A DNA stretch of 64,000 bases, from positions 434,001-498,000 of the forward strand of contig OZ025682.1 of the NCBI GenBank assembly GCA_964019335.1. Direction: 5' to 3'. This document shows, one piece after another, positions 1 to 11,638 of this stretch. A program made the position numbers and the translations under genes. Source of the stretch: Diplonema japonicum. Its lineage: Eukaryota; Protista; Euglenozoa: Diplonemea. Numbering within the stretch: position 1 is the first letter of the stretch; the number at the start of each line of letters is the position of its first letter. Under the pieces are notes generated by a model. That model searched no databases, was not told the DNA's origin, and saw only the letters and a list, made by a program, of their open reading frames with translations.

Positions 1-1028
1 GCACCGAATCTGGGAGGGAGCAACACCGCTACAGGGGAGACCCCAGCGAAGCCACAGAGGAACACGAACACCAATCTCTCCCCCTTGAGGAGCAAACCCT
101 CTACAAAAACTCGCTCTGTTGCTGGATTTGGTCCTGGGAACCCTGTGAACGTGCCTTACACACCATCGGTAAATACAACTAGCCACACTGCCCAATCCCA
201 GACCAAGCAGCCCATGACCCTGCGGGACTACCAAATGCTCGCGCTTGCATGCCAACGCGGAGGGAAGGGGAAGACCGAGGCCAGCACGTACTACAAAATG
301 GGAGAGCTCTGTAGCAGCTCACCCGACACGCTTCGAAAAGCCGGGAAGTACTTTGAACGGTACTACAACTTGTGCAAGCGACTGAAGGACGCAGCTGGCG
401 AGGCGAAAGCGTTGAACTGCCTCGGCATCGCACACCAAACGGCAGGCGATCTCAACGCAGCACTGCAGTACCACGAAGCGCACCTAGAGGTAGCTGACTC
501 GTCAACCCTGTTCATTGCTCATACGAATATCGGGATCGTGAAAGGGTTGCTTGGGGACTTTGAAGGGGCGATGGAAACGCATAAAAGCGCGATGCAGTGT
601 GCGATACGGTCAGGCGACAAGCAGGCAGAGCTCCTTGCGTTGGCAAACCTCGGGCTGGTAGGGAAGGAGCAGAAGGACTACAACACAGCGCAGGTGTGAG
701 GGGAAGAGGGGAAAAAAAAAGAAATACCAAACAGCTATGCATGTCCCGGCACCTCGAGCTTGCTCAGGTTATCAACGACCCTGACGCACAGCATGATGCT
801 TACGAACAACTCGCCTTGCTACAGTCGGAACAGCACGACTGGAACAGCGCCCACAAGTACTTCAACGATGCCCGCCAGCTTGCTGCCAGGAACGCTGGCA
901 CCTCTCCAGATGCACTTGTGCGGAACGATAAGTTAAAATGCAAGCTCGGCATCACCAAGGCGTCTGGCGAGATGGAGTCCCACTTCCGGGAGATCGCCGA
1001 AAAGATGCGGGTCCCAACCACCGCTTAG
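1..1028 (+). CDS. Tetratricopeptide-repeat protein, 5'-partial; intron 694..734
   Basis: Frame is open from base 1. TPR-like helices (AKALNCLGIAH, IAHTNIGIV, LALANLGLV). A 41-nt GT..AG intron joins ORF 85..699 to ORF 597..1028 in phase 0. Confidence 0.8.
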
Positions 1029-1219
1029 AACGAGGTGGTTGGAGAGTATCCACAATGAGAAAACCCCTATCCACTCCCCTTTTACCTTCCGGTAAAAAGC
1101 ATGGAAAAAAAAAAAAAAAAAAAAAAAAAAAAGAAGCGAAGTAGTTTCTTTCCCCAGTCTCCTTTGCGTTATTTTTCTTTGCGTTGCGCAGCCTTCTGCC
1201 TCCCCAACACCTCGCAGGC

Positions 1220-3313
1220 ATGAAGCGGCACGTTGAGGTCGCTGTCAGAGTGCGGCCGCCCAATGAACGGGAGAAGTACGCCGAGAGCTGTGTGCATCAT
1301 GATGAGAACAGCATCACCATCACAGATGAGCATGGGGAACCATCTGCCTTTGCGTTTGACAAGGTGTTCGGAATGGATGAGGCGCAGAAGGATTTGTACC
1401 AAGAGTCCGTCGCTGAGGTGGTGGACAGTGTGCTGTGCGGGTCGCACGCCATCGTGTTCGCCTACGGGCAGACAGGGTCCGGGAAGACACACACCATGTT
1501 GGGCGAGGTCAACGGGCCTGTAGTCACCGAACAGACAGGTGTGTTCTTCAGGCTGCTGGCAGACCTCGTAGCTTACAAGACAAGCAGACAGAACGAGCTG
1601 AAGACAGACATCATCCTTAGCGCAATCGAGGTGTACAATGACGAGCCTCGTGACCTTTTGGGGAAACGAGCTGTCATGAAAATTCGCGAAGCCGGCGATG
1701 CATGTATGTGCGCAGGGTTGACAACGAGATCAGTTCACAGTCTACAAGACGCTTTGGAGGTCTACAGGACAGCGGAGGGACAACGTGCATCGTGCAGCAC
1801 GTCAATGAATGCGCGCTCCAGCAGGAGCCACGCCATGTTCGTCATAGACGTTTCGCAAATCCCGCTCAGCGGTGACTCCCCGAAGATGTCCCGCGTGTGC
1901 ATCGTGGACCTTGCGGGGAGCGAGCGGATCAAACGTTCAGGAGTGCAAGGAGCCGCTCTTGATGAAGCGAAGCACATCAACAAGTCCCTTTCCACGATGG
2001 GGAAGGTCATACACGACCTCAACGCAGGGTCTACGCACATCTCCTACCGCGACTCAAAGCTCACACGGCTGCTTCGGAGCTGCTTTGCCGACCCCACGTC
2101 GAGGATTCTTCTCGTTGCAAACGTCTCGCCAGCTGCCTCGTCACGCTTTGAAACCGTCTCCACGCTCCGCTTTGCGAACTGTGTGAAGAATATCAAAGCA
2201 TCGACCCTCTCTGTAGACATGCAGGCCATCAAGTTGCTAAAAGCAAGCATGCGCGTGGCCGACGAGCTCAATGCAGACTTGCGAGTCGCGGTCGCTGCCT
2301 ATGACTACGTGCACCAAGGCAAGGGGGGGTCCGTGGAGAAGTACAACAAGTTCCTCGAAAACCGACAAGCTGCGCACAAAGAAGATATTATCCGCCAGGT
2401 GCATGCCTTGCGCGACAGCCTCACGAAGCAAGCCGTGGCCGATATCGAAGCTACGCTGCAAAGGGTACGAGACGACACGGTCAAGGCATCGAAGGAGCTG
2501 GAGTCTATTACCATAGACATCGAAGCACGATGCAAGAAGTATCAAGGAAAGGTAGACAGGGTAGTGAAACAGACGGAGGAGAAGAGAAAAGAAGGTGGAG
2601 AGGAAAGCGCAAAGAAGGCAGCTCTACAGGAAGGGTTTAAAAAGACTAACGACGAACTGGACGAAGTGAAAGGCGAGATCGCGAAGGTCTTAAAAGACGA
2701 AGCACATCGAGTAGAAGAAGAAGCGAGGGAAAACAGAGCATGGGGGAAAGAAGGAGAATGGCACGAAGCGCAGATGAAAATCCATGAGAGAGCCATGACG
2801 CGGCTACGTGAAAAGGGGGAGGTACTGAAGTCGGCAACACGCTCTGTAGAGGTGGGTGCTTCTATCAAGGACCTTGAAAAGGAGCTGAGCCAGTGTGTCT
2901 TCACACCTTCAGTGATTGAGGACCCTGCTCTTTGGCAACTACCACTGTGTGTTCCGAGTCGCTCTGATGACCCTTTGGAAACGGTCAGTATGGAGGGATC
3001 TCTCTATACGGCAGAGAGCGAAGAGGACACCGGTGAGTGGATCACCTCTCAAAATGAAGAAGAGTACTTAGATGGGCCTGCGGAGATGCTTGAGTCCATG
3101 CTTGCGGACATCGAAAAGGAGCTTGCCGAGCTCGACCCCACAAGGCAGAGCGGCGAGCTAGACGGACTCTTCGACTCCAGTGAAGACGATGACAACATCA
3201 CAGAAGACGAGGAGGATTCGGAGGAGGACCGGAACGACCCCCCGATGGCACAAAACAAATACGAGTCCATGAAGCGGTTGCCGCCGCGGCATACCCCTAG
3301 TACCCCTAGCTAG
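1220..3313 (+). CDS. Kinesin with N-terminal motor, coiled coil and acidic tail
   Basis: VAVRVRP, P-loop GQTGSGKT, switch I NARSSRSH, switch II DLAGSE, YRDSKLTRLL. ATG at 1220. Confidence 0.95.
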   Translation: MKRHVEVAVRVRPPNEREKYAESCVHHDENSITITDEHGEPSAFAFDKVFGMDEAQKDLYQESVAEVVDSVLCGSHAIVFAYGQTGSGKTHTMLGEVNGPVVTEQTGVFFRLLADLVAYKTSRQNELKTDIILSAIEVYNDEPRDLLGKRAVMKIREAGDACMCAGLTTRSVHSLQDALEVYRTAEGQRASCSTSMNARSSRSHAMFVIDVSQIPLSGDSPKMSRVCIVDLAGSERIKRSGVQGAALDEAKHINKSLSTMGKVIHDLNAGSTHISYRDSKLTRLLRSCFADPTSRILLVANVSPAASSRFETVSTLRFANCVKNIKASTLSVDMQAIKLLKASMRVADELNADLRVAVAAYDYVHQGKGGSVEKYNKFLENRQAAHKEDIIRQVHALRDSLTKQAVADIEATLQRVRDDTVKASKELESITIDIEARCKKYQGKVDRVVKQTEEKRKEGGEESAKKAALQEGFKKTNDELDEVKGEIAKVLKDEAHRVEEEARENRAWGKEGEWHEAQMKIHERAMTRLREKGEVLKSATRSVEVGASIKDLEKELSQCVFTPSVIEDPALWQLPLCVPSRSDDPLETVSMEGSLYTAESEEDTGEWITSQNEEEYLDGPAEMLESMLADIEKELAELDPTRQSGELDGLFDSSEDDDNITEDEEDSEEDRNDPPMAQNKYESMKRLPPRHTPSTPS

Positions 3314-3609
3314 TTTTCTTTTTTTTTCTCTTTTCCGCGGCCTTTTTTCTGTTTTTTTTTTCTTTCTCTTTACCACGCCAACGTCAAAGGATAAATGTTG
3401 TAACGAAAAGAGAAAAGAATAAGGTGTGAGCGATGCAAAGACACGTTAACCACGGCCTGAGTTCGGAGTGAAAGAATATCTGTATTCCTGAGAAAGATGA
3501 TTTAGTGAGGGCTGCTTGTGTCAGAAGAGTAGAAAGTGATGCACTTTATCTTGGTGTTGAACCTGTTTTGTTTCACTCCACCGGTAGGAAAGGGGGGCGG
3601 ACGGCCAAT

Positions 3610-6600
3610 ATGGACGGTGTGTGTAGGCACGGTGCCGTCAAGGAGTATTGTGAGCAGTGCAACGAGGTGCTAGACAGGGACTGGGACGAGAAGAGGGACC
3701 GAAGGTGGGATCCTGTCGACCGCTTTGTTGCCAACCCGTATATTTACAAAGAGCCGGCCTTTGTGGAAACCCCTCCACAACATGCTCTGAACCAGCCAGT
3801 GCATGCACCTACCGAGCATGATTATTCACTGGCTAGAGAGATGCTGAGAGTGGCAGGTTCTCCTCAGAATGCCCAAACACCTCAAGAAGCTTACGAGATG
3901 GCCAACCTCATTATGGCCACTGCCCACAAGACAGGCGGCATGACCTTGAAGGAGTTCGAAAAAGCACGTCAAGAACGTGAGAAAGAAGAGTTGGAGAAGA
4001 AGAACCACCAGATAGGCCTCCCCGGGGCATCGAAAAAGAAGAAACGGAGACACAAAAAGAAGGCTTCTGAAGAAAAGGCTGAGCCAGAAGCGGAGCAGGC
4101 TCAGGAAGAACCACAGCAGAACACCGCAGGGGAAACATCAACGACCCAAGAGAACACTGAGCCGGTTCAGGAAGAGAAGCTGACAGAAGAAGAGAAAATG
4201 TTCCTGCAAGAACTTGACGCCCCGGAACAGAATAATGATGCAATTGTTCCACAAGAACAGAATACCGCGGTTGTTCCGCAAGAGCCGAAGGAACAGGTGT
4301 ACCACATTAAGGGAAGCGCCCTTAGTGGTGTGGGGAGCAGGGTGTTCACTCCCGTGGAGGAAGATAATAAGGACTTTTTGCGGGGGCCGACTGTTGCGGT
4401 GCAGGTGAACGGTGACCACATTGAAGGAGTGTCAAAGGGCGCGTCAAAATACCCCGGTCATGTGTTGGTCCACACTGCAGAAAACCCTGACGGCTTTCAG
4501 CTCACCCTGGACCGTGTCAAGCTGCGATGCGTGTGCGGTGACGAGATTAACGATGTGCACCGCCCCGACCCACCACCTGCCTTCTGGTCATGTGCGTCAT
4601 GTGGTAGCCTGACACCCAACCTGGACACACCACACGCATACTGGGCCTGCTCGACCCCTGCGCAGTGCAACCACGGCTTCTGCAATACTTGCTACAACAT
4701 TCCCTATCTCCGAAACAACATGCCCACGTGGAGTTCCCCGTACGACCCTTTAACCGACACCTGTGCCCCTCCCTCGCCGCCTTTCAAGCCCGCAGCACCA
4801 TCTTCACCACCACCTAACCCAACAGATGACAAACCGAAGAAAAAGAAAAAGCCCAGCGGGAAGAAGAGTAAGACGGACGACAAGAAAGATGTGAAAAAGA
4901 ACGAGAAAGGAGACGATAAGAAGGAAAATAACGAGGACAAGGTCAAGGATAAAGATCAAACGAAAACAAAAGCTGACACGATGCTGCCAAGCTCAACGTT
5001 GTATCCGAAGAAGGAGCAAGGTGGCAAGGAAGACGAGATCGTGGACCCTGTGTACGCGACACGTGATGACGGGAAGACTTTGTACAGCACAAGTGACGGG
5101 CACTGGCGTGTGGGGAGCAAGAAGGACGAGCGGCTTGGACGTCTGCCCAGAGGCATGGACGGGGGCTGCCGTGCTGTTGAGCATGCAGTGCGCATGAAGC
5201 TCGACATGTACGACATGAAGCCTGAGAAGATCGCCATTGCACAGGCACGCTACGGTGTGACGCAAGGCATGGTCCCTAAGGCAGTGCTTGGCGGCCCTGG
5301 GGTGTATGCAAGGATCAACCTCGCTGACGATGAAACACCAGACTCCGTTGTGCATGAGCTGCTCGGCGAAGTAAGCCTCCGTGTCATCGCCACCAACAGC
5401 AACCCCACAGGTACCTGCGCATGCGGCGGCAAGGTCGAATTGAAATTCCTCACCGGCACTACCATCAAGCACTGTGACATATGCGACAAACTTGTCAACA
5501 AGACAGGGTTCGGGTTCTGCTCGTCATGTGCCTTCACCGTCTGCACGGAGTGCAAATCGGAGGACCTGTCGTCCGTGTTGGAGGTGAAGCGGAACGGAAG
5601 CTCCGGGCTTGGGGGAATGTACTTCCTGGAAGGCACGAACATAATCGCTATGGTGGAAAAGGCCGGCCCCGCCGAGGCGATAGGCGTCAAGAGGGGCATG
5701 CTCATCACGAGCATCAACGACATGACCATCCTCACAGACGCAGACGCCATTGTTGCTTTGAAGGCAGCCATCACAGAGCCCCTGGAGATCTCAGTCGTGT
5801 ACCACAACATGGCTAGCTCCCTCATCACCTCGCCGCCGCACGAAGGCAGGCTCCCCCATGAGCTAGGTTTAGGCTGGAAGCGGAAAGGCGAGACGCCCCA
5901 CCCTTTGTGCGGAGTGAGCATAGTCGACACAAGCCAAGCAAAACCACCACCGCCACCGCCACCACCCGACGTTCTGAGCGACTCCGTGGGCGGATTGGTC
6001 GGCGAGCCTGTACAACCGAAGCCTGAAGAACCTAAGAAAAAGAAGAAGAAGAAGAAGAAAAAGCCCGAAGACGAGAAAAACGAAGATGCAGACAAGGAAA
6101 AAGTGAAAAGCGACGAGGGAGGAACGGATGGAAAAGACAAAAAGAACGATGAGAAGAGGGAAAACGAGGAAGGGAAAAAGTCCGACAAGGAAGGGGACAA
6201 GAACGAAAAGGAGAAAGAAAAAAACAAAGACAAGAAAGACACTAGCAAAGAGGGTGATAATAAGGTGAAGGAGGGTGCTGGCAAAGACGAAGACGAAAAT
6301 AAAGGGAAAGAGAAAACCAAGAAGGGAAAAGGTAAGAAAAGCAAGGAACAAGAGAAAGACACTGCGGAGGACGTGGACGAGCTGAACAGTTCGCTTGGGC
6401 CGCCTGTTGAAGCCGAAGACGACAGCAAGGACAAGGACAAGAAGAAGACGAAGGACAAGACCGAGGACAACAAGAAGAAGACCAAGGGCAATGACAAGGA
6501 CAAGACCAAGGATAAGGACAAGAGCGTCAAGAAGACCAAGGATAAGGACAAAGACGAAGACGGGGAGGACAAAAACACCGACACGGGCAAGGACAGCGAT

Positions 6601-6993
6601 AAGACCACAAAAAAAACAAAAAACAAAGACGGAGATACAGAGGGGGGCAAAAGCAAGAAGAAAAATAAAGAACCAAAGCCAGAAGAGGCGACCGACGACA
6701 AAAGCAAAAACGGAGATGGAGGCGAAGACGAGGACAAAAGCAAAAGCAAAAAGAAGACTAAGAGCAAGGACGCAGACGAGGAAGACAAAACCACCGACAA
6801 CAACAAGAGCCCAACGAAACCAAAGAACAAGGACGGGGACGCAGCGAAAGACAAGAAGAAAAAGGATGAAGGCACCGCCAAGAAAAAAGATGATGAGAAG
6901 GAAAAAAAGTCCAAAAAGAAGGACGCAGAACCCAAACCCGAAGGCAACGCAAAAAAGCTACCCGCGATGAAAAAAACAGGCGACGGGGAGTAG
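3610..6993 (+). CDS. Large protein with Cys-rich (Zn-finger-like) clusters, a PDZ domain and a Lys/Asp/Glu-rich tail
   Basis: CxC..CxxC..C..CxxC clusters occur twice. PDZ-like segment LEVKRNGSSGLG...GPAEAIGVKRGMLITSIND. ~330-aa charged low-complexity C-terminus. Confidence 0.75.
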   Translation: MDGVCRHGAVKEYCEQCNEVLDRDWDEKRDRRWDPVDRFVANPYIYKEPAFVETPPQHALNQPVHAPTEHDYSLAREMLRVAGSPQNAQTPQEAYEMANLIMATAHKTGGMTLKEFEKARQEREKEELEKKNHQIGLPGASKKKKRRHKKKASEEKAEPEAEQAQEEPQQNTAGETSTTQENTEPVQEEKLTEEEKMFLQELDAPEQNNDAIVPQEQNTAVVPQEPKEQVYHIKGSALSGVGSRVFTPVEEDNKDFLRGPTVAVQVNGDHIEGVSKGASKYPGHVLVHTAENPDGFQLTLDRVKLRCVCGDEINDVHRPDPPPAFWSCASCGSLTPNLDTPHAYWACSTPAQCNHGFCNTCYNIPYLRNNMPTWSSPYDPLTDTCAPPSPPFKPAAPSSPPPNPTDDKPKKKKKPSGKKSKTDDKKDVKKNEKGDDKKENNEDKVKDKDQTKTKADTMLPSSTLYPKKEQGGKEDEIVDPVYATRDDGKTLYSTSDGHWRVGSKKDERLGRLPRGMDGGCRAVEHAVRMKLDMYDMKPEKIAIAQARYGVTQGMVPKAVLGGPGVYARINLADDETPDSVVHELLGEVSLRVIATNSNPTGTCACGGKVELKFLTGTTIKHCDICDKLVNKTGFGFCSSCAFTVCTECKSEDLSSVLEVKRNGSSGLGGMYFLEGTNIIAMVEKAGPAEAIGVKRGMLITSINDMTILTDADAIVALKAAITEPLEISVVYHNMASSLITSPPHEGRLPHELGLGWKRKGETPHPLCGVSIVDTSQAKPPPPPPPPDVLSDSVGGLVGEPVQPKPEEPKKKKKKKKKKPEDEKNEDADKEKVKSDEGGTDGKDKKNDEKRENEEGKKSDKEGDKNEKEKEKNKDKKDTSKEGDNKVKEGAGKDEDENKGKEKTKKGKGKKSKEQEKDTAEDVDELNSSLGPPVEAEDDSKDKDKKKTKDKTEDNKKKTKGNDKDKTKDKDKSVKKTKDKDKDEDGEDKNTDTGKDSDKTTKKTKNKDGDTEGGKSKKKNKEPKPEEATDDKSKNGDGGEDEDKSKSKKKTKSKDADEEDKTTDNNKSPTKPKNKDGDAAKDKKKKDEGTAKKKDDEKEKKSKKKDAEPKPEGNAKKLPAMKKTGDGE

Positions 6994-7080
6994 TATCTAT
7001 AGATGACCTTTCTGCTTTTTTTTTCTTCTTTTCTTTTGCTCCATTCTTTTCTTATAGCGCATCACAGGGGTCGTGGTGGT

Positions 7081-9022
7081 ATGCCATCGATCATGAAACG
7101 GCATAAAAGTCCACCAAGCAGACACGCCTCGACATGGTCGAGCGGGCTTAACATCAACAACATCCGGCCCCACGATGTCAAGACAAGGTGTGGACGTGAA
7201 GGGCGATTAAATAAATCTACAGGGAGCAGATGGAGATGATTCTTGCGAGCGATGAGGCCAACATCGAGAGCATGAAGAACGGGTGCAACAAACTGATGAA
7301 AGCGGCGGAGAAAAGTGTTGCCATCACGAGAAGACACGCGCAGCTGAGCAGCAGCATGGGGAGGAGAGCTTCCATGTATGTAATTGTTTTTCTTTCAAAG
7401 GATGCGGAATCAAACACTTTCACAGCGAACGAGAGATAGAAGAGTTTGTGCAGGACCTGAACTGTTCGAGGGACAAGATCACAGCAGACCCAGGGGAGGA
7501 TGTATACGCACAGACGGCGGTTGTCGTTGAAACTGCAGACAGGGTGGGCACCATTGCAAACCGTGCTGAGGGGATTATGGCAGAGCTGAAGCGCCCGCCA
7601 CCCCCCAAGCCCACTCACTCCGCAGAAGTGCAGCAGATCCTCAACAAGAAGGGTCTCACCGTGTCCAAAACAGAGGTCAAGGCCACCGTCACCGGTCGCG
7701 ACCGCTCCGCCGTTTTCACGCACAAACTTAGAAAATCCAGAACCACCATAAGCACCACGCCCACCACATCTCCTTCCCCTTCTCCTACGGCCGCCCCTAC
7801 AGCGGCACCCGTCCCTGTCGAGGAGGGTGTCATCCCACCCGTCCCCCCACCGCCACCTGTTAACAAGAAACCTGTTAATAAGTTCGCAGCAGGCAAGAAA
7901 TTGTTGTCCCGTAGGAACTCGGGGAAGATGCAGAATACTGAGACGGCCGTGGTGTCCCCTGTGGCAGGGGCGGGGGGTATGAACAGGGCGGCGTCTGGGG
8001 TGCTGAAGGGACGGTACTCGACAGCAGAGGAGTTCGAGAACGTCAAGAAGCGTGTGGCGAAGAGGTCGCAGTCTGTAAAGGCCAAACGGACCGACGACAC
8101 CAAGCTCAGCCCACGCGCTAGGAACGAGACAGGAAGGTCGAGCAGCCCGAGGAAAATATTGGCACGAACGCTGCCCGCCGCAGACGAGGATGGCAGATAC
8201 CGTGCGATCCGTACAACAAGCCCGCGGAGCGTAGCGAGCCCGAAGAAGTTGCTGGTGCCGCAGAATGACGAGCCTACCGAAGAAGCAAACCCCAGCCCGA
8301 GGAGAAGGTCGTCAAAACCACAAATCCACGAACTGAAACTGTCGCCGTTGGTGAGGACCCCACGGAAAAAGTCAGCAGCCCCGGCAATGCCACTGGATGT
8401 ACAGCTGCGAGAGACGCCGAGAATGGCGTCTCCACGGCTGGATCCTGTTAAGCAGAAACGGGCACATTTAACAAAGCTGTTGGACAGTTTGAACGAAGGG
8501 GACTCTTCGGTGATTGATGCCCTCACGGAGGTGTTGGGCGATCGAGCAGAGTGGGCAGGACAGGAGGAACAAGTGCTGGGAAGGCTTACCGCAGCATATA
8601 AAACTGCTGGGAAGCAGGTCTGCAAGATTATAGAAACGGTTTACAGTGATATAGAACCTAAGGAAGCGATGCTGAGCTGCGCGGCAGTCATGGCGAATGA
8701 GCTATCTGGTGAGATGTTATGCTCGTTGTATCAGGTGGTGGGGTCCGCCCTGAAGGGCCTCACCTCTCTGCCCCACGAACAGGTTAAACCTATCCACCCT
8801 CTTATTCTTAAAACCATCACACACCCCTCTTCTGCCCTTCGTAAGCAAAGCGTCCTTCTCCTTACTGTTCTCTATACCTCCTTCACTTCCGCGTCGTTGT
8901 GCTACTTTGCCCCTCTGCCTGAACCTCACCTCAAGCTTTGCCAACATTACATTGGCAAGGAGGCACAGTTTTCCACCGTCGATCTCGTTTTCGAAGTAAC
9001 AGAACACATCGCAATGCAGTGA
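7081..9022 (+). CDS. Protein with Ser/Pro/Arg-rich linker and CLASP C-terminal-like HEAT domain; introns 7188..7222 and 7376..7425
   Basis: Two GT-AG introns fuse ORFs 7003, 7230 and 7283 in frame. The C-terminal ILKTITHPSSALRKQSVLLLTVLY...LKLCQHYI resembles the CLASP C-terminal domain. Confidence 0.6.
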
Positions 9023-9427
9023 AGAATCTGAGAGAAGGGTGGAAAAAAAATTTTTTTTTTGTTCCCATGTCTTTATAGGGCATGAGAAAAAAAAGAAGAA
9101 AAAAAAGAAAGAAAAAAAAAAAAAAAAAAGCGAGAATGCATGGGTCGATGTACGAATAAGAAATAAGAAAAGGAAAAAAAAAAAGAGGGGGGAGCCTCCT
9201 TTTTTTAGGGATAAAAAAAGATTTTTTTTTAAACTTAGATTATTTTTTTTTATTTCAACACCCCCACCTCTTTTTAAGAAAAAGGGGAAGAAGAAAAGAG
9301 AAAAAAAAAATGGCGGGCTCCCTTATTCGCTTCCCTGTACTCACTTTTTTATTATTATCTTACAAGATTTATCCCCGATTTTCTGCGTGAAGTCTTTTTT
9401 GGTTTTTTTTTTTTTTAAAGGTTTATC

Positions 9428-9470
9428 TGCACACTTAACGCCAAATAGTGTTGCAACCAAAGCCCCATTT
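9428..9470. repeat. 43-bp hairpin-forming dispersed repeat, copy 1
   Basis: 39/43 identical to 55843..55885. Stem TGCACACT/AGTG(T)TGCA. Confidence 0.7.
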
Positions 9471-9726
9471 ATCTTCTCTTAATGGTGAGAATACGTCTAG
9501 ATTATCACGACAAAAAAAAAGAAGAAAAAAAAAAAGAAAACGAAAGAAAAGAGAGTTTAAAAAAAAAAAAAAGAAGAAAAACACTTTTTTCGTTCAACCC
9601 TATTCCCTCCTTAAAGATTCTTCCTGCGGTGCGTTCCGGACAATTTTTTTTTCTTTTTTTTTTCTTTGTAAATAATCCCCCTTTTTCTTTTCCTGTGTCC
9701 CGTCTTCGTTCATCTTTTGTTTTTCC

Positions 9727-9760
<34 letters not shown>

Positions 9761-10292
9761 AATTTTCTTCGTTCGCATTGTGCACCCTCCCTCCAGTCCT
9801 GCCCCCTAAAAGGGCTGTCCCCCCCCCACCCTTTTTACGTTTCACATCTCCATCAGAGCCAAAACTTTTAAAAACAGGGAAACGGCAGGAGTTCTTTTTT
9901 GGCAACAATAAGTGAAATTATTTTGTGTAAAAAAAAATAAAAAAAATGTCCTATCACAAAGAACCTCCGTTTACGGCATCAAAAGGGAGATGAAGACCGT
10001 AAAAAGAAGAAGAAAAAAAGTCACATTTTTTTAATCTCCCCCCCCCCCCCCCCTCCATCCCCCATCCCTATTCACCACGCTACTATATACCAAAAGTTTG
10101 AAAAAGTTTTTTGTTCCATCCATTTTTAAATAACACCCTCTCATATTCCTAAAAAACCCCCCGGGTTCAAAACAAGCCATGTAGGACTTCGTTTAACGGG
10201 CTTTAGAGATATGGAGCGTAAATCTTTCTTTTCCCCCCTACCCAACATAGGAAAAAGAAAGGGAGAATATAAAAAAAAAAAAAGGAAATAAG

Positions 10293-11040
10293 ATGCTAAC
10301 ACCGGTCGCACCCGATGCCGTAGTGGCATACTTGAAGAAAGCCGATGGTCAGGATAAGGTTTGCAAATAAAAAAAAAAAAAATAAAAAAAAAAAAATAAA
10401 AAAAAACCCTATTCAGAATTTGAAGCTGGCCCAATTCGTGATGAAGGTACTAGTAGACAGAGTGCTGGGCAAGGAACACGAATTTGAAAAGCGAAGAGCC
10501 AAGCTACACGCTGGCATTGGCGATGGGAGGAAGTACATCTCAGCTTGCAAGTGGATCTACCAGATCGTTGCAATGGGGAAGGAACAAGAGAAATGGGGCT
10601 CAGTACTAACTTCCCGTCAGGTCATGAAGTCGTTGATAATTTCTCTGACATTCGTAGAGCAAATGACTGGGGATTTGCAGTTTGCGCAGGAAGTGTGGTT
10701 CAAGGGGATCCCAAGGGAGTGGCTGGACTATGTGTACCCTGTTGCTAAGTCGACCGCGAACTTTCTTTCGCTTATCGAGGATTTTTCTCAGATGCAAACG
10801 AAGGCGCACTACCTCACCACCAGCAGCCAGGACCCCGAGAAGGCCGCAGCGTACCGCAGGGACATCCCCCGACACCGCCTGGCCATCATCCGTGAGGTTT
10901 GCGACATCGCCCTCTACGCCCACTGGATCGAGAACTGGAAGCGGTCTGTCACCGCACCGCAGCTCAACCTCTTCGGCCTCGTTACGTCCCTCCTGGGGGT
11001 GTTTGAGGTGTACTGTCCCCATACTTATACCCAGATTTGA
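10293..11040 (+). CDS. PEX11: PEX11-family peroxisomal membrane protein; intron 10359..10416
   Basis: Spliced N-terminus YLKKADGQDK|NLKLAQFVMK matches the PEX11 G(R/Q)DK..R/K..QY motif, followed by DGRK and a C-terminal GLVTSLLGV helix. Confidence 0.7.
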
Positions 11041-11638
11041 TTTCCCCCCAAAAAAAAAACATGGAAAAGGGGCGTTTTCTCAATGGGCCTCCCTTTTTTT
11101 TTTTTTATTCTCCGATGAACTCCTCGGTGTACAAGTTTGCGTTTTTTAATGTGTAAAAAAAAAGAAAAAAAGAAATGGGGGGGGGGGGGGGGGGGATTTG
11201 GAGCCTTTAAAAAAGAAACTGGAGAATTGTATCCCCCCTTATTCAACAAAAGCCTGCAGGCTCACGCGGAGTTTGCATGTTTACTGTACATCGATTTTTT
11301 TTATTTTTTTTCATATCTTTCACTCAGAGCGCAATAGACGATGGGAAAGATAACCCCCCCCCCCCCCCCCCCCCCATCCCCGGGCGGTCCTCAAGTGGGA
11401 CTTGCCCTTAAACATCGCCTTTTATCTTTTTTATTTTTTCTTGCGTGTGTGGTATTTATTTTTGAAAAAGAAGTTATTTTTCATTTCTGGCCAAACCTAT
11501 CCAAATCAATTACAAAAAAAAAAAAAAAAAAAAAAAAAAAAACACAGGCCACGTGGGGGCCCCGAGGGGCGGTGGAGGGGGGGAAGGGCCGTGGGACGAG
11601 AGAGGGAAAAAAAAAAAAAAAAAAAAAAAAAAACATAA

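Noticed and set aside
3372-3600. Possible C/D snoRNA (CTGA motifs) between the kinesin and PDZ genes
   Set aside because: No good box C, terminal stem or recognisable rRNA guide.
5250-6947. 565-aa minus-strand ORF (also 7615..8625, 23315..24466, 34836..36230)
   Set aside because: Antisense shadows of low-complexity or codon-biased + strand genes; Ser/Phe/Leu-rich with no motifs.
9039-9908. Poly-Lys/poly-Phe ORFs in spacers, and similar N-terminal extensions on several ORFs
   Set aside because: Translations of A/T homopolymer tracts; starts were moved to the first ATG in coding-like sequence.
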